Assembly (NCBI GenBank): GCA_963813335.1 | Contig: CAWEYL010000005.1 | Location: 32,001 to 96,000, forward strand | Direction: 5' to 3' | Source: an uncultured Chloroflexia bacterium | GTDB taxonomy: Bacteria; Chloroflexota; Limnocylindria; Limnocylindrales; CSP1-4 | DNA length: 64,000 nt | In this document: piece after piece, positions 11,817 to 22,202 of the stretch | Layout: every line of letters begins with the position of its first letter | How positions within the stretch are numbered: the stretch's first letter is position 1 | Program-made: the position numbers and the translations under genes | Notes under the pieces: model-generated | Database searches by the model: none | What the model was told of the DNA's origin: nothing | What the model saw: only the letters and a program-made list of their open reading frames with translations

Positions 11817-11922
11817 TCTTGGGCTGGAGCACGCAAGGATGGACTCCGGGGCCACTTTCGGCGGGCGCGTGGGCGACGCCAGACCCCGGGCGCGACCCGA
11901 ACGATCCGGCTGGCGCCTCGCC

Positions 11923-12768
11923 CTAGTGGACGATCTCGTCGATCTCGGACTGGGTCACCTGCTCGGGCGGCTTCCCGAGGATGATCATGCCGAGGACCTC
12001 GTCCTTGGTGACCTTGTGCTTGTCGACCGTCCCGACGAGCTTCCCGGTGGCCATCACGCTGATCCGGTCGGCCAGGTCGAAGACGTCGTGGATGTCGTGG
12101 CTGATGAGGAAGATGCCGATCCCCTCCTCCTTCAGCTGCGCCACGAGGTCGCGGACCTGCGCGGTCTCGGCCGGGCCGAGGGCCGCGGTGGGCTCGTCCA
12201 TGATCAGGATCTTCGCGTTGAAGTGGATGGCCCGCGCGATGGCGACCGACTGCCGCTGGCCGCCGGAGAGCGACTTCACGGGGACCTTGAAGTTCTTGAA
12301 GCGCGGATTGAGCCGGCCCATGACGTTGCGGGTGGCCGACTCCATGGCAGAGTCGTCCAGCGAGCCGGTCCGCGTCAGGAGCTCGCGTCCGAGGAACATG
12401 TTCCCTGCGGCGTCGATGTTGTCGGCGAGCGCCAGGGTCTGGTAGATGGTCTCGATCCCGTAGCCCTTGGCCTCGCGGGGGTTGCGGATCGTGACCGGCT
12501 CGCCCCGGATCAGGATCTCGCCCGAGTCGGCTGCCTGGGCCCCCGAGAGGACCCGGATGAGGGTCGACTTGCCGGCGCCGTTGCCGCCGACGAGGCCGAC
12601 CACCTCGCCGACGTGCAGGTCGACGCTGACGTCGTCGACGGCGTGCACGCCGCCGAACGAGACGCTGACGTGGCGCATCTCCACGAGCGGCACGTCGGTC
12701 GCCGCGGCGGCCGCGGCCGGCGCGCCCGCGGGGACGACCGTGGTCCCTGGATCCTGGGGGATGGTCAT
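11923..12768 (-). CDS. xylG: Monosaccharide (xylose-type) ABC ATP-binding protein, single NBD
   Basis: [31 protein letters not shown]; next to xylH/xylF-like genes. Confidence 0.85.
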   Translation of the reverse strand: MTIPQDPGTTVVPAGAPAAAAAATDVPLVEMRHVSVSFGGVHAVDDVSVDLHVGEVVGLVGGNGAGKSTLIRVLSGAQAADSGEILIRGEPVTIRNPREAKGYGIETIYQTLALADNIDAAGNMFLGRELLTRTGSLDDSAMESATRNVMGRLNPRFKNFKVPVKSLSGGQRQSVAIARAIHFNAKILIMDEPTAALGPAETAQVRDLVAQLKEEGIGIFLISHDIHDVFDLADRISVMATGKLVGTVDKHKVTKDEVLGMIILGKPPEQVTQSEIDEIVH

Positions 12769-12790
12769 GGTCGTGAGCCTCCCATCATCA

Positions 12791-14116
12791 TCACGTGGAC
12801 CGGCGCCGCAGCCACGAGTCGAAGGCGACCGCCGCGATGAGGACGATGCCGACGACGACGTCCTGGGTCGGCGAGTCGACCAGCAGCAGCACCATCCCCG
12901 AGCGCAGCGATTGCATGATCACCGCGCCGATGACCGCCCCCGCGATCGTCCCGATCCCGCCCGCGAACGACGTCCCGCCGATGACCGCCGCCGAGATCAC
13001 GTCGAGCTCGTTCTGGATGCCGAGGTTCGTGACCGCGGCGTTCAGGCGGGCCGTCTGGACGGCCGCGCTGATGGTGGTCAGGATCCCCATCAGGACGAAG
13101 GTCAGCATGAGCGTCCGGCGGACGTTGATGCCACCGAGCTCGGCCGCGTCGGGGTTGCCGCCGATCGCGTAGACGTAGCGGCCGAACTTCCGCCGGTTGG
13201 CGATGTAGGTCATCACCAGCGCGACCCCGACCATGATGATGACGGGGATCGGGATGCCGGTCGGGATGATCAGCCCGCCGGGCGGCTCGGTGATGCCGTG
13301 GTCGATGGCGTACTGCGTCGCCAGCGCCGGCGGCCATGGGTAGCTGTTCATGATCTGGACGGCGCCGAGCACGAGGACGCAGCCGATGGCGCCGACCGTG
13401 ACCTCCGCCCACATCGGGCGGACCGGGAACCCGTAGCGGCGGCGGCGGCGGCGCCCGAAGTAGAGCGTCGCGATGATCGCGATGCAGGCGAGGATGCCGA
13501 CCGCCCAGCTGAGCGTCTCGCCCAGCGACCCGCCCGGGCCGCCGCCGAGGAGCTGGAAGGTCTTGTCGAGGGGCGCGAGCGTCTGCCCCTGGGCATAGCG
13601 GAAGATGAGTCCGCGCCAGATGAGGAAGCCGCCGAGGGTGACGATGAAGGCCGGGACGCGGCCGTAGGCGATGATGAAGCCCTGGAGGGCGCCGATGAGC
13701 GCACCGAGAAGCGCACCGGCGGCGAGCACGACGATCCAGGTGAACGGCTGGTCGTAGCCGAGGCCGAGCGTCTCGGGGATCCAGGTGATCTGCATCATCG
13801 CCATCGTGTAGCCCAGGAAGCCGAGCAGCGAACCGACCGACAGGTCGATGTTGCGCGACACGATGATGAGGACCATGCCGGTCGCCATGATCGCGATCGA
13901 GGCGCTCTGGACCGACAGGTTCGAGAGGTTCCGCGGCGTGATGAAGTTGCCGCCGGACAGGAGGTCGAAGCCCAGCCAGATCACGCCGAGGCCGACGAGC
14001 ATCCCCAGCAGTCGCGTGTCGATCTCGGTGACCCGCAGGAACGCCGTGACGGCCCCACCGATCGAGCGGCGGGGTGGCGTCGGTGCCGTGGCGGGTGCGC
14101 TCGTAGCCTCAGTCAT
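12791..14116 (-). CDS. xylH: Xylose-type ABC transporter permease
   Basis: [48 protein letters not shown]. Confidence 0.87.
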   Translation of the reverse strand: MTEATSAPATAPTPPRRSIGGAVTAFLRVTEIDTRLLGMLVGLGVIWLGFDLLSGGNFITPRNLSNLSVQSASIAIMATGMVLIIVSRNIDLSVGSLLGFLGYTMAMMQITWIPETLGLGYDQPFTWIVVLAAGALLGALIGALQGFIIAYGRVPAFIVTLGGFLIWRGLIFRYAQGQTLAPLDKTFQLLGGGPGGSLGETLSWAVGILACIAIIATLYFGRRRRRRYGFPVRPMWAEVTVGAIGCVLVLGAVQIMNSYPWPPALATQYAIDHGITEPPGGLIIPTGIPIPVIIMVGVALVMTYIANRRKFGRYVYAIGGNPDAAELGGINVRRTLMLTFVLMGILTTISAAVQTARLNAAVTNLGIQNELDVISAAVIGGTSFAGGIGTIAGAVIGAVIMQSLRSGMVLLLVDSPTQDVVVGIVLIAAVAFDSWLRRRST

Positions 14117-14164
14117 CGAGGACCCCTTCTCGGGAGGGACACGACGGACTAGGAGAACGTGAGG

Positions 14165-14201
14165 CGCCCTGCCCGGCCGGCGGAGCCGGCGGGGCAGGGC
14201 G
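14165..14201 (-). terminator. GC-rich stem-loop between xylF and xylH (partial terminator or mRNA-stabilising hairpin)
   Basis: CGCCCTGCCC...GCCGGC-GGA-GCCGGC...GGGCAGGGCG inverted repeat downstream of the SBP gene. Confidence 0.6.
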
Positions 14202-14228
14202 ATCGCTATCGAGGGTCAGTTCGAGCGG

Positions 14229-15308
14229 CTAGCAGCCGCCGACGGAACCCGCCGTGACGTCCTTGCAGAGGTCGGCCTTGGTGATCCAGCCAGCGTCGAG
14301 GACCGCGTTGAGGTTGTCCTTCGTGATCGGGTTCGGCTGGAGCTGGATGCCGCTGACGTTGTTCCCACCGGGGGTGGTGAACGGCGAGGCGCCAGCGATC
14401 TTGTCGACCGCGGTGCCACCGCACAGGGAGATGGCTGCGGCACCGGCGGCCGCGCCCAGGAGGCGCGCGTCCTTCCAGACGGAGACCGTCTGGGAGCCGA
14501 GGGCGACGCGGTTGAGGGCGGCCTTGTCGCCGTCCTGGCCCGAAAGCGGGACCTTGAGGCCCTGTGCCTTGAGCGCAGCGTAGGCGCCCGTGGCCATGCC
14601 GTCGTTCTCGGAGAGGACCGCATCGACCTTGTTGTCGTTGGCGGTCAGGATCTGCTCCATGTTGGTCTGGGCCTTGGCGCCATCCCAGTTGTCGGTGTAG
14701 ACCTCGCCGACGATCTTGATGGTATCGCTCGACTTGCCCACGTCGGGGATGCCGGCCTCGGTCATGCCCGCGCGGAGGAAGTCGGCGTTGGCGTCAGCCT
14801 TGTTGCCCTTGATGATCGCGAAGTTGCCCTTCGAGACGACCTTCAGGATCTCCTGCGCCATCATCTTGCCGACGAGCTTGTTGTCGAAGGTGAGGTAGAG
14901 GACGGCCGGGTCCTCGATCAGGCGGTCATACGCGATGACCGGGATCTTGGCTGCGGTCGCCGCCGCGACGGACGACTTGATGGCCGTGCCGTCCTGGGCG
15001 AGGATGATCAGGACCTTGGCGCCCTGCGAGATCAGGTTCTGGACGTTGGACGTCTGGGTCTCGGCGGACGACTTGGCGTCGTTCGAGATGTACTTGGCGC
15101 CGGCGGCGTCGAGGGCCTTCTTGATGGCCGGCTCGTCCCACTTGGCCCAGCGCTCTTCGTTGTAGTTGTTCCACGACACGCCGACGGTGCATCCGGCGGC
15201 CGAACCGCCGCCCCCGGACGCTGCCGGGCTGCTGCCCGAATTGGAACACGCGGCGAGCGCGATCATCGTGACCGCCCCCATGACCGCGAACCTGCTCTTG
15301 AACTTCAC
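14229..15308 (-). CDS. xylF: D-xylose ABC substrate-binding lipoprotein
   Basis: Lipobox LAAC; VGVSWNNYNEERWAKWD, PVIAYDRLI, SGQDGDKAALNRVALGSQTVSVWKD. Confidence 0.88.
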   Translation of the reverse strand: MKFKSRFAVMGAVTMIALAACSNSGSSPAASGGGGSAAGCTVGVSWNNYNEERWAKWDEPAIKKALDAAGAKYISNDAKSSAETQTSNVQNLISQGAKVLIILAQDGTAIKSSVAAATAAKIPVIAYDRLIEDPAVLYLTFDNKLVGKMMAQEILKVVSKGNFAIIKGNKADANADFLRAGMTEAGIPDVGKSSDTIKIVGEVYTDNWDGAKAQTNMEQILTANDNKVDAVLSENDGMATGAYAALKAQGLKVPLSGQDGDKAALNRVALGSQTVSVWKDARLLGAAAGAAAISLCGGTAVDKIAGASPFTTPGGNNVSGIQLQPNPITKDNLNAVLDAGWITKADLCKDVTAGSVGGC

Positions 15309-15395
15309 TTGGTTGCTCCTCCTCTGTACACATACCGCGACAGAACGCGAGATGGTCGACGCTAGGCTACCACCCTCCTTGTCCGGATTCCGCAC

Positions 15396-16643
15396 TCATG
15401 CGCTGGCTCGGGCGGTCAGGGCGCCACGGCGCAACCACAGCGCCGGATCGCCGAGCAGCGGTTCGAAGGCGAGTTCAGCGGCACCGAGCAGCGGGGCATC
15501 GGCACCGAGGGCCGCCGGGACGACGCGGACCAGGCGTCGCGGGGCCTGCAGCGCGAGCCGGTCGAGTTCGCGCTCGACGACCGCCTGGGTGTACGGATGG
15601 ATGCGCCCCAGCAGGCCGCCGAGGACGATCAGCCGCGGGTCGAAGATGTTCACCAGGCCGGCCAGCCCGCGACCCAGCCATGCCCCCGTCTCCTCGAGCG
15701 CCGCGAGGGCCCGCGGGTTCCCGGCCTCGGCCTCGCGCAGGACCGCGTCCACCTCGAGCGCCCCCCGGCCGGCATGGCGGCCCGCGCGCCGCAGCAGCGC
15801 GCCTTCGCCGACCTCGGTCTCCCAGCAGCCGATGGACCCGCAGCGGCAGGTGACGCCGTTCGGGTTCATGGGCATATGCCCGACCTCGCCGGCGTAGCCG
15901 GCCACGCCGGTGAGCGGCACGCCGTCCACGATCAGGCCGCCGCCGACCCCCACCTCGCCCTGCAGGAACAGCACGTGGTCCGCACCGATGGCGGCGCCAC
16001 GGCGCAACTCGGCGACAGCGCCCAGGTCGGCGTCGTTGGCGATCGAGATCGGGATCGCCCGTCCCAGGGCGGCAGCGAGCCGCTCACCCAGCGGGACGTC
16101 GACCCAGCCGAGGTTGGGGGCCATCGAGACCAGGCCGTCCTGGCGGCGGACCACGCCGACGACGGCGACCCCGATCCCGAGCTCGGGATGGGCGCCTGGG
16201 CGCCGCGAGCGGACGTGCGCCACGAGCCGCGCGAGGTCGGCGACGATCTCCTCGACGGTCGTGTGCCCGGGCGTGCGCTCGATCCGGATGAGGTCGATGA
16301 CCTCGCCGCCGAGGCCCACCCGCGCGACGGCGAGCGAATCGACCGCGATCTCGAGGGCCAGCACGACCGCGCCATGCGGGTCGAGCGAGACCCGCGGCGA
16401 CGGGCGGCCCGGCAGGCCGCGCGCGGATCCCGGCTTCTCGACCGCCAGGCCGCCGGCGACCAGCTCGCCGACGAGCGTCCGGATGGCGCCGCGGGTCAAC
16501 CCGGTGCGGGCTACGAGCGTCGAGCGCGACTGGGGGCCGCGGAGGTGCAGCTCCTGGACGATCGCCCGCAGATTCGCGCGGCGGACCGTCTCGCTTCGCT
16601 GTCCGATCTCGACGACCAACGGTTTTGTGTTCCTCTTGCTCAA
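15396..16643 (-). CDS. ROK-family transcriptional repressor (XylR-like); start may be TTG 16619
   Basis: N-terminal HTH (SRSTLVARTGLTRG), NDADLGAVAE, GYAGEVGH, CRCGSIGCWET. Confidence 0.92.
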   Translation of the reverse strand: MSKRNTKPLVVEIGQRSETVRRANLRAIVQELHLRGPQSRSTLVARTGLTRGAIRTLVGELVAGGLAVEKPGSARGLPGRPSPRVSLDPHGAVVLALEIAVDSLAVARVGLGGEVIDLIRIERTPGHTTVEEIVADLARLVAHVRSRRPGAHPELGIGVAVVGVVRRQDGLVSMAPNLGWVDVPLGERLAAALGRAIPISIANDADLGAVAELRRGAAIGADHVLFLQGEVGVGGGLIVDGVPLTGVAGYAGEVGHMPMNPNGVTCRCGSIGCWETEVGEGALLRRAGRHAGRGALEVDAVLREAEAGNPRALAALEETGAWLGRGLAGLVNIFDPRLIVLGGLLGRIHPYTQAVVERELDRLALQAPRRLVRVVPAALGADAPLLGAAELAFEPLLGDPALWLRRGALTARASA

Positions 16644-16722
16644 ATGACTGCGGTAGGCTCTACCCCGGCCGCCGCCATGTCAAGGGCCATTCCGCGCGAA
16701 GGAGATCGTCAGGGGTGAACGG

Positions 16723-18375
16723 ATGAGCCGGGGCCGGGCGGCCGCCGCGCTGGCCGGCGTCGGCGTCCTCGTCGTCGTCGCCATCGGCGCGCTCGTGGCG
16801 ACCGGGGCGATCGCCGGGAACCGGGCGCTCGAGGCGCCGCACTACGTCGAGGAGACGGCGAGCGCCGGCATCGACCAGGTCTTCGGCAGCGACTTCGTCT
16901 ACTCCGTCGGCGGCGGGGTGGCCGTCTTCGACTGCGACGGCGACGGCAAGCCCGATGTCTACCTCCCCGGCGGGAACGGGCCGGCCACGCTCTACCGGGA
17001 CGTGAGCCCGGTGGGCGGCGCCCTGCGGTTCAGCGCGATCCACGACGCCGCGACCGACCTCGATGCGGTGAACGGCGCCTATCCCCTTGACATCGACGGC
17101 GACGGGATCATCGACCTGGCCGTCCTCCGGGTCGGCGAGAGCGTGCTGCTCCACGGACTCGGGGGCTGCCGCTTCGAGCGGGCGAACGAGGCGTGGGGCT
17201 TCGACGGCGGCCACGCGCAGACCACCGCGTTCAGCGCGACCTGGGAAGGCTCCGCGGCGATGCCGACCCTGGCGATCGGGCGCTACCTGGGCCTCGACGC
17301 CAGCGGCGCGCAGACCAGCACGTGCGACGGGAACGAGCTCGTCCGGCCGGCCGCCGGCGGGTCCGGCTACGGCCCGGCGACGGCCCTCGCCCCGGGTTAC
17401 TGCACGCTCTCGATGCTGTTCAGCGACTGGGACCGGTCCGGCCGCCGCGACCTGCGGGTGAGCAACGACCGCCATTACGACGTCAACGCCCAGGAGCAGC
17501 TCTGGCGGGTGGCGGCCGGCGCGGCGCCGCGTCTCTATACGGAGGCGGATGGCTGGGTGACGATGCGGATCTGGGGGATGGGGATCGCCAGCTACGACGT
17601 GACCGGGGACCCGTACCCGGAGGTCTACCTCACGAGCCAGGGCGACAACAAGCTCCAGACGCTCGCCGCCGGGCCGACCGCGCCGACCTACCGCGATATC
17701 GCCCTCGACCACGGGGTGACCGCCGCCCAGCCGTTCGCGGGCGGCGACGCCCTGCCCTCGACGGCGTGGCACCCCGAGTTCGACGACGTCAACAACGACG
17801 GCTTCATGGACCTCTTCGTGTCCAAGGGCAACGTGAGCGACCAGCCCGACTTCGCCCAGCGCGACCCGAGCAACCTGCTGCTGGGACAGCCCGACGGCGT
17901 CTTCGTCGAAGGGGCGGAGGCGGCCGGCGTGCTGAGCTTCGACCGCGGGCGCGGGGCAGCTCTCGCCGACTTCAACCTCGACGGCCTCCTCGACCTGGTC
18001 GAGGTGGACTACGGCGGCCCGACGCGGATCTGGCGCAACGTCGGCGGCGGCGACGCGTCGAGCCCGGAGCCGATGGGCCACTGGCTCGCCCTGCGGATCG
18101 AGCAGCCGGCCCCGAACCCCGATGCGATCGGCGGCTGGCTCGAGACGCGCGTGGGTGGCGTGACCACCCAGCGAGAGCTGACGGTCGGCGGCGGCCACGT
18201 GGGCGGCCAGCTGGGCTGGGTTCACGTCGGGCTGGGGGCGGCGACCGCGGCCGACGTCCGAGTCCTCTGGCCGGACGGCAGCGCCGGCCCGTGGATCACG
18301 CTGGCGGCCGACCGATTCGCCATCATCACCAAGGGCGCGACGGACGCGACGGCGTGGACGCCGCCGGCCGACTGA
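16723..18375 (+). CDS. Membrane-anchored CRTAC1/ASPIC-UnbV protein with FG-GAP Ca-binding repeats
   Basis: N-terminal TM; DCDGDGKPD, DIDGDGIID, DVNNDGFMD, DFNLDGLLD repeats; C-terminal GGGH.GGQLGWVHVGLG UnbV motif. Confidence 0.88.
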   Translation: MSRGRAAAALAGVGVLVVVAIGALVATGAIAGNRALEAPHYVEETASAGIDQVFGSDFVYSVGGGVAVFDCDGDGKPDVYLPGGNGPATLYRDVSPVGGALRFSAIHDAATDLDAVNGAYPLDIDGDGIIDLAVLRVGESVLLHGLGGCRFERANEAWGFDGGHAQTTAFSATWEGSAAMPTLAIGRYLGLDASGAQTSTCDGNELVRPAAGGSGYGPATALAPGYCTLSMLFSDWDRSGRRDLRVSNDRHYDVNAQEQLWRVAAGAAPRLYTEADGWVTMRIWGMGIASYDVTGDPYPEVYLTSQGDNKLQTLAAGPTAPTYRDIALDHGVTAAQPFAGGDALPSTAWHPEFDDVNNDGFMDLFVSKGNVSDQPDFAQRDPSNLLLGQPDGVFVEGAEAAGVLSFDRGRGAALADFNLDGLLDLVEVDYGGPTRIWRNVGGGDASSPEPMGHWLALRIEQPAPNPDAIGGWLETRVGGVTTQRELTVGGGHVGGQLGWVHVGLGAATAADVRVLWPDGSAGPWITLAADRFAIITKGATDATAWTPPAD

Positions 18376-18398
18376 CCGAGCGACGAGGAGGACGATCG

Positions 18399-19772
18399 AT
18401 GGCGACGGCTCGACTGGCCGAAGTCCGGCTGCCCGAGTTCGGCGTGTCCGAGTTCGCCCCGGAGGTCCCGGCCGCGACCTACGCCGCCCGGCTCGAGGCC
18501 CTGCGCGAACGCGCCGAGCGGGCGGGCTACGACCGCCTCGTCGTGTACGCCGATCGCGAGCACAGCGCCAACCTCGCGTTCCTGAGCGGCTTCGACCCGC
18601 GGTTCGAGGAGGCGATCCTGGTCGTCGGGCCGGTCGGCGACCCGGCCATCCTGCTGGGCAACGAGTGCTACGCCATGGCCGGGGCCGCGCCGCTCCCGAT
18701 GCGCCGGGTCCGCTTCCAGGACCTGAGCCTGCCGAGCCAGCCCCGGGATCGCTCGCAGCCGCTGGCCACGATCCTCGCGGACGAGGGGATCGGCGCCGGG
18801 AGCCGGGTCGGCGTGCTGGGCTGGAAGCCCTACGCCGACCGACGCTGGATCGACATCCCGGCGTTCATCGTGGACGAGCTGCGCGGGCTCGTCGGCGCCT
18901 CGGGGACGGTCGAGAACGCCAACGAGCTGCTGGTCGATCCGGCCGACGGCCTGCGGATCATCAACGACGTCGACCAGCTGGCCGTCTTCGAGCACGCGTC
19001 GTCGCGCACCTCGCAGGGGGTCCGCGACCTGCTCGCCGGCCTGGCGCCGGGGATGCGCGAGCGCGAGGCCGTCCGCCTCCTCGGCTGGGACGGCACGCCG
19101 CTCTCGTGCCACGTGATGCTGACCGCCGGGCCGCGGGCCACGTTCGGGCTGCTGAGCCCGGGCGACCGGCGCATCGAGCGCGGCGACCGGTTCACGACCG
19201 CCTTCGGGATCTGGGGCGCCCTCACCTGCCGGGCGGGCTTCGTCGTCGAGGACGCGGCCGAGCTGCCCGACGGGATCCGCGACTACGTCGAGCGACTCGT
19301 GGGACCGTACTTCGCGGCCGTCGCCGAGTGGTACGGCGCGCTGCACATCGGCCAGACCGGCGGGACGCTGCAGGCCATCATCGACCGGCACCTCGGCGAC
19401 CCGTTCTTCGGGATCTTCCTCAACCCCGGCCACCAGCTGCACCTCGACGAATGGGTGAACTCGCCGATCTGGCCGGGCTCCACGGTCGAGCTGCGCTCCG
19501 GGATGGCGATGCAGGTCGACATCATCCCGGCCACGGGCACCCCCTACTTCACGACCAACATCGAGGACGGCATCGCGCTCGCCGACGAGACCCTGCGCGG
19601 GTCGTTCGCGGCCGCCTACCCCGAGGCGTGGGCGCGCATCGAGGCGCGGCGACGGTTCATGGCCGACACGCTCGGCATCGACCTCCACCCGGACGTGCTG
19701 CCGCTCTCCAACCTGGCGGCCGCCCTGCCGCCGTTCCTCCTGCGCCCCGACCGGGTCATGACCGTCGGCTGA
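18399..19772 (+). CDS. M24 (Xaa-Pro aminopeptidase/creatinase-fold)-like protein
   Basis: Creatinase-like N-domain (VYADREHSANLAFLSGFDPRFEE), NPGHQLHLDEW, SGMAMQVD, TNIEDG; GAGGAGG RBS. Confidence 0.75.
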   Translation: MATARLAEVRLPEFGVSEFAPEVPAATYAARLEALRERAERAGYDRLVVYADREHSANLAFLSGFDPRFEEAILVVGPVGDPAILLGNECYAMAGAAPLPMRRVRFQDLSLPSQPRDRSQPLATILADEGIGAGSRVGVLGWKPYADRRWIDIPAFIVDELRGLVGASGTVENANELLVDPADGLRIINDVDQLAVFEHASSRTSQGVRDLLAGLAPGMREREAVRLLGWDGTPLSCHVMLTAGPRATFGLLSPGDRRIERGDRFTTAFGIWGALTCRAGFVVEDAAELPDGIRDYVERLVGPYFAAVAEWYGALHIGQTGGTLQAIIDRHLGDPFFGIFLNPGHQLHLDEWVNSPIWPGSTVELRSGMAMQVDIIPATGTPYFTTNIEDGIALADETLRGSFAAAYPEAWARIEARRRFMADTLGIDLHPDVLPLSNLAAALPPFLLRPDRVMTVG

Positions 19773-19786
19773 GGCGCCAGCCGGAC

Positions 19787-20549
19787 TCAGGTCCTGGCGG
19801 TCCCCGGCTCGAGGCGCGCCCGGAGCAGCGCGCTGCCGGCGGCGTCGAGCAGCCGGAACGACCAGCCGCCGGCGTCGGCCCAGACCGCGGCCTCGAGCGT
19901 GGCGCCGGGCTCGGCCGCCGAGGCGTACTCGAGCCGCATCGCCCGCGGCACGGCGCCGACGGCGCGGGGATCCCCGGCGGCGATGACCGCCTCGTCGACC
20001 CAGTCGGCGTAGACGGCGTTGTTGACGTGGGCCATCGGGTCGAGCTCCTGCGGGCGGACGGTGAAGGCGTGCCGATGCGCGTCCGCAGGCGGGTCATCGA
20101 GGGCGACGCGGCCGAGGGCGAGCGCCCCGGCGGGGACCTGGAAGGTGGCCTCGAAGATCGCCGGGATCCGGATCGGGACGCCGCGGTCGTCCACGAGCAC
20201 CCAGTCGATGTCGACGCGTGGCCACGAGCGCTCCCGCCGCGTCGTGGATGTCCGAGTGGCGGCGCGACCAGACCCGCCGGAAGCCGACGACGTGGGTCGT
20301 CGCGGTCAGGTTCGAACCGACCGGGATCTCGCCGAGGATCGCGAGGCTTGCCGCCCGGACCAGCCAGGTCAGGCGCTGCTCGCCGTACCACGCCCGGTCG
20401 AAGCCGAGCGCCGCCGAGTGGATCCAGGCGAGGTCCTGCGCGTAGCGCAGCAGGGACGACGTCCGCAGGCGGCCATCCGGCGCGGCCTCGTCGAAGCGCA
20501 CGCGGAACGGGGCGCTGAAGCCGGGGCCGGCACCCTCGCCGGTGCTCAT
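19787..20549 (-). CDS. Acyl-ACP thioesterase (double hotdog); frameshifted
   Basis: FRVRFDEA...LLRYAQDLAW, WLVRA; VRPQELDPMAHVNNAVYADW. Confidence 0.85.
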
Positions 20550-21220
20550 CGGGGCAGGCCGGCGAGCTCGTCGAGCGTCTCGATCGAGATCAGCCGCGTC
20601 CCCTCGGTCGGGGCGGTCTGGCGATCGAGCCGGACGGCGCACGAGCGCGCGGCATCGAAGACGACCAGGGCGACCGCGAGCCGCTCGTCCTCGTCCGCCG
20701 CGTGGGTCCGCGCGTCGTCGAGCTGGTGGAGGACGTCCGCGTTGATGCCCCGCGCGCCCCACTTGCAGTCGTAGGCCTCGGCCGCGCCCGGGCGCTCGAC
20801 GGTCACGTCGTAGGGGTGGATCTCGGCGGCGACCCCGTCGAACAGGATCCGGCGCTCGCGGCGGACCGCTGGCTCGCCGACCCGTCGCGCCAGCAGGGTC
20901 GCGGTCAGCGACTCGACGATCGCGCCGCGTACCTGACTGCGCACCTGTTCCCCGCGATCGGCCACGGCCAGCGAGGCCGCGAGGACCGCTTCGGAGCGGG
21001 CGCGGTCCGGCGGGTCCGCACCGTCGCCGAACAGCCCGGGGAACGTCGCCCGCCACCCGTCGGGGTCCGTCGTCTCGCCGTTCATCACGGCCCGGGCCAG
21101 GACCCGCTGGGCCGGCGTCGCGTCGGCGAGGAGTGCCGCGGTCGCGGCCACCGCCGGCTCGGCCTGGATCCCCGCGTAGACGACCGCGCGGGCGTCGCGG
21201 GCCGCGTCCTGGAACCTCAC
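20546..21220 (-). CDS. Hypothetical protein with a PD-(D/E)XK nuclease-like motif
   Basis: RGAIVESLT (helix E)...PYDVTV...AEAYDCKW pattern; start and stop overlap both neighbours. Confidence 0.6.
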   Translation of the reverse strand: MRFQDAARDARAVVYAGIQAEPAVAATAALLADATPAQRVLARAVMNGETTDPDGWRATFPGLFGDGADPPDRARSEAVLAASLAVADRGEQVRSQVRGAIVESLTATLLARRVGEPAVRRERRILFDGVAAEIHPYDVTVERPGAAEAYDCKWGARGINADVLHQLDDARTHAADEDERLAVALVVFDAARSCAVRLDRQTAPTEGTRLISIETLDELAGLPR

Positions 21221-21519
21221 GGGCGCTCGCCGATCGCGAGCAGCACCACCTGGGGATAGGTCGACAGCCAGTCGATGGCGCGATGCGGGTCGCGGATGCG
21301 CCCGATCTCGTCGATCGCGCGCGCGACCGCCGCTTCCACGGCCGGTGACGCGACCTCGTCGCCGCGTGCGGCGATGGCCGCCTCGATGCGCTCGCGCCAG
21401 GCGGCTTCAAGGTCGGTGACGTAGGTCCACTCGTCCTCGACCTCCTCGCCGAGCGCCTCCAGCTCCCCATAGGCCTCGAGGGCGTCGGCCAGCAGGGCCG
21501 CGATCGTCGGGTCGGACAT
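21217..21519 (-). CDS. Small acidic helical hypothetical protein
   Basis: Coding-like codon bias; TAGGCT -10 6 nt before ATG; coupled to the downstream gene. Confidence 0.75.
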   Translation of the reverse strand: MSDPTIAALLADALEAYGELEALGEEVEDEWTYVTDLEAAWRERIEAAIAARGDEVASPAVEAAVARAIDEIGRIRDPHRAIDWLSTYPQVVLLAIGERP

Positions 21520-21545
21520 GGGCCAAGCCTACGGCCTGGCGCGGA

Positions 21546-21818
21546 TCAGGAGGTGGCGGGTCTCCCGGAGGGGAGCGCGCGGCCGGGGACCGATCCCTCG
21601 GTGCCGGCCTCGCCGGAGGGCGGTCGGGCGGCTCGCCGCAGCAGGTCCTCGAGGCCGCGCCGCGCCCGCGGGTCCCAGGCACGGGAGTAGATCCGTGTCG
21701 CGGCGGCGCGCACGCGTCCCGCCTCCGCTCGGGAACCGTCCCGCTCGAGTTCGGCGACCCGATCGAGGATGGCGCGATAGAGGGCAGGCAGCTCTTCGGC
21801 GGGAGAGTTCTGCTCCAT
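21546..21818 (-). CDS. Small hypothetical protein
   Basis: MEQNSPAEELPALYRAILDRVAELE...; plausible helical ORF between acyP and the next gene. Confidence 0.65.
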   Translation of the reverse strand: MEQNSPAEELPALYRAILDRVAELERDGSRAEAGRVRAAATRIYSRAWDPRARRGLEDLLRRAARPPSGEAGTEGSVPGRALPSGRPATS

Positions 21819-21899
21819 CGTCCGTCACGTTGCGCTCATCGGCCAGCGGAGGGGAATAGCCCAGCGGTCCCGTCGGGGCTCGGCGATGGTCGGAGGCGC

Positions 21900-22202
21900 T
21901 CAGTCGCCCAGGTGGGACCCGCTGCGCACGGCGAACGGCCCCAGGTCGCCGCCCGGCGGGCCCCAACGCTCGCTGACGTCGGTCACCAGGGCTGCCGGCG
22001 GGCCGGCGCGAAGGATGGCCAGGAACGCCTCCAGGCGGTCGCGCGGACCCTGGGCCACGCACCGCACCGAGCCGTCCGGCTCGTTGGCGACCCAGCCCGC
22101 GAGGTCGAGCGCCATCGCCTCGCGCCACGCGAAGTAGCGGTAGCCGACGCCCTGGACGCTGCCGCGGACGATGGCCTCGAGGCGGGCCGGCTCGGTGGTC
22201 AC
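21900..22202 (-). CDS. acyP: Acylphosphatase
   Basis: VRGSVQGVGYRYF, GWVANEPDGSV, GPPAALV. Confidence 0.93.
   Translation of the reverse strand: MTTEPARLEAIVRGSVQGVGYRYFAWREAMALDLAGWVANEPDGSVRCVAQGPRDRLEAFLAILRAGPPAALVTDVSERWGPPGGDLGPFAVRSGSHLGD

Noticed and set aside
795-20549. Mass pseudogenisation of the sugar locus (many frameshifts)
   Set aside because: Single-base indels without in-frame stops or sequence decay also hit glpX and nuoA-I, which is typical of long-read consensus error.
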